Source of the DNA: Octopus sinensis
Lineage: Eukaryota
Assembly: GCF_006345805.1 (NCBI RefSeq)
Contig: NC_043016.1
Location: 32,550,001 to 32,614,000 of the forward strand
Reading direction: 5' to 3'
DNA: 64,000 bases
Shown here piece after piece: positions 63,640-64,000 of this stretch (the stretch's first letter is position 1; every line of letters starts with the position of its first letter). The notes under the pieces are model-generated. The model was not told where the DNA came from and made no database searches. It saw nothing but the letters and a program-made list of their open reading frames with translations. Both the position numbers and the translations under genes were made by a program.

Positions 63640-63644
63640 AAGCA

Positions 63645-64000
63645 CTCATCAGGCGCATCAAAAGACTCAACAAAAAAATCAACCAATTAAGATATTCCCT
63701 CATACAACATCCACATTCAACAACAATGAAAAGGCTAGAGCTGGAAAAACTTCATCTGCAGACCGACATGAAAACCTCCATTGGAAATGAAAGAGCTGTG
63801 GAGGAACAGTGGGTAATCAAAAACATCAAACAGAACCCAAAAGTGTTCTATTCTTATGCAAATAAGCATAGAACCACTGTCTCACCCATTGGGCCATTGA
63901 TTGATGATAACGGCATTCCCCAACACGATGCTAAAGAAATGGCAGAAATACTGCAGAAACAATACTGCTCTGTCTTTAGTGTTCCCACTGATATTGACGT
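63645..64000 (+). mobile_element. CR1-like ORF2 linker fragment (runs off the window)
   Basis: RLNKKI...IKNIKQNPKVFYSYAN...IGPLID...KEMAEILQKQYCSVF parallels IKSNPRAFYRYAK...ISEILNEQFKSIF at about 47780-47930. Confidence 0.8.

Overview
AT-rich, microsatellite-laden eukaryotic DNA. The SINE and RTE families look like those of Octopus (cephalopod); this is an inference, not a database result. Only one host gene is recognisable: two minus-strand exons of a Jagged/Serrate-type Notch ligand. They are a 255-nt C2-end/DSL exon (31661-31915) and a 61-nt first-EGF exon (18162-18222), separated by a 13.4-kb GT-AG intron. Everything else is repetitive: many tRNA-derived SINEs, and 5'-truncated RTE LINE copies whose 3' UTR has seeded three different minisatellites (26, 61/62 and 109 bp). 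There are also CR1-like fragments, MITEs, and Helitron ends. After a 100-N gap lies a dense retroelement nest with a decayed Naiad-type Penelope-like element (RT + GIY-YIG), an RTE fragment carrying a PHD finger, a near-intact Tx1/L1-clade LINE and a second Tx1-type ORF1. The least obvious layer is about 12 minimal type I hammerhead-ribozyme (HHR) motifs. Most sit in long Penelope-type palindromes. One tandem pair could release a 410-nt RNA, and one HHR is broken at its cleavage site and fused to the 5' leader of a LINE. All readings were done by eye, and ribozyme activity is untested.
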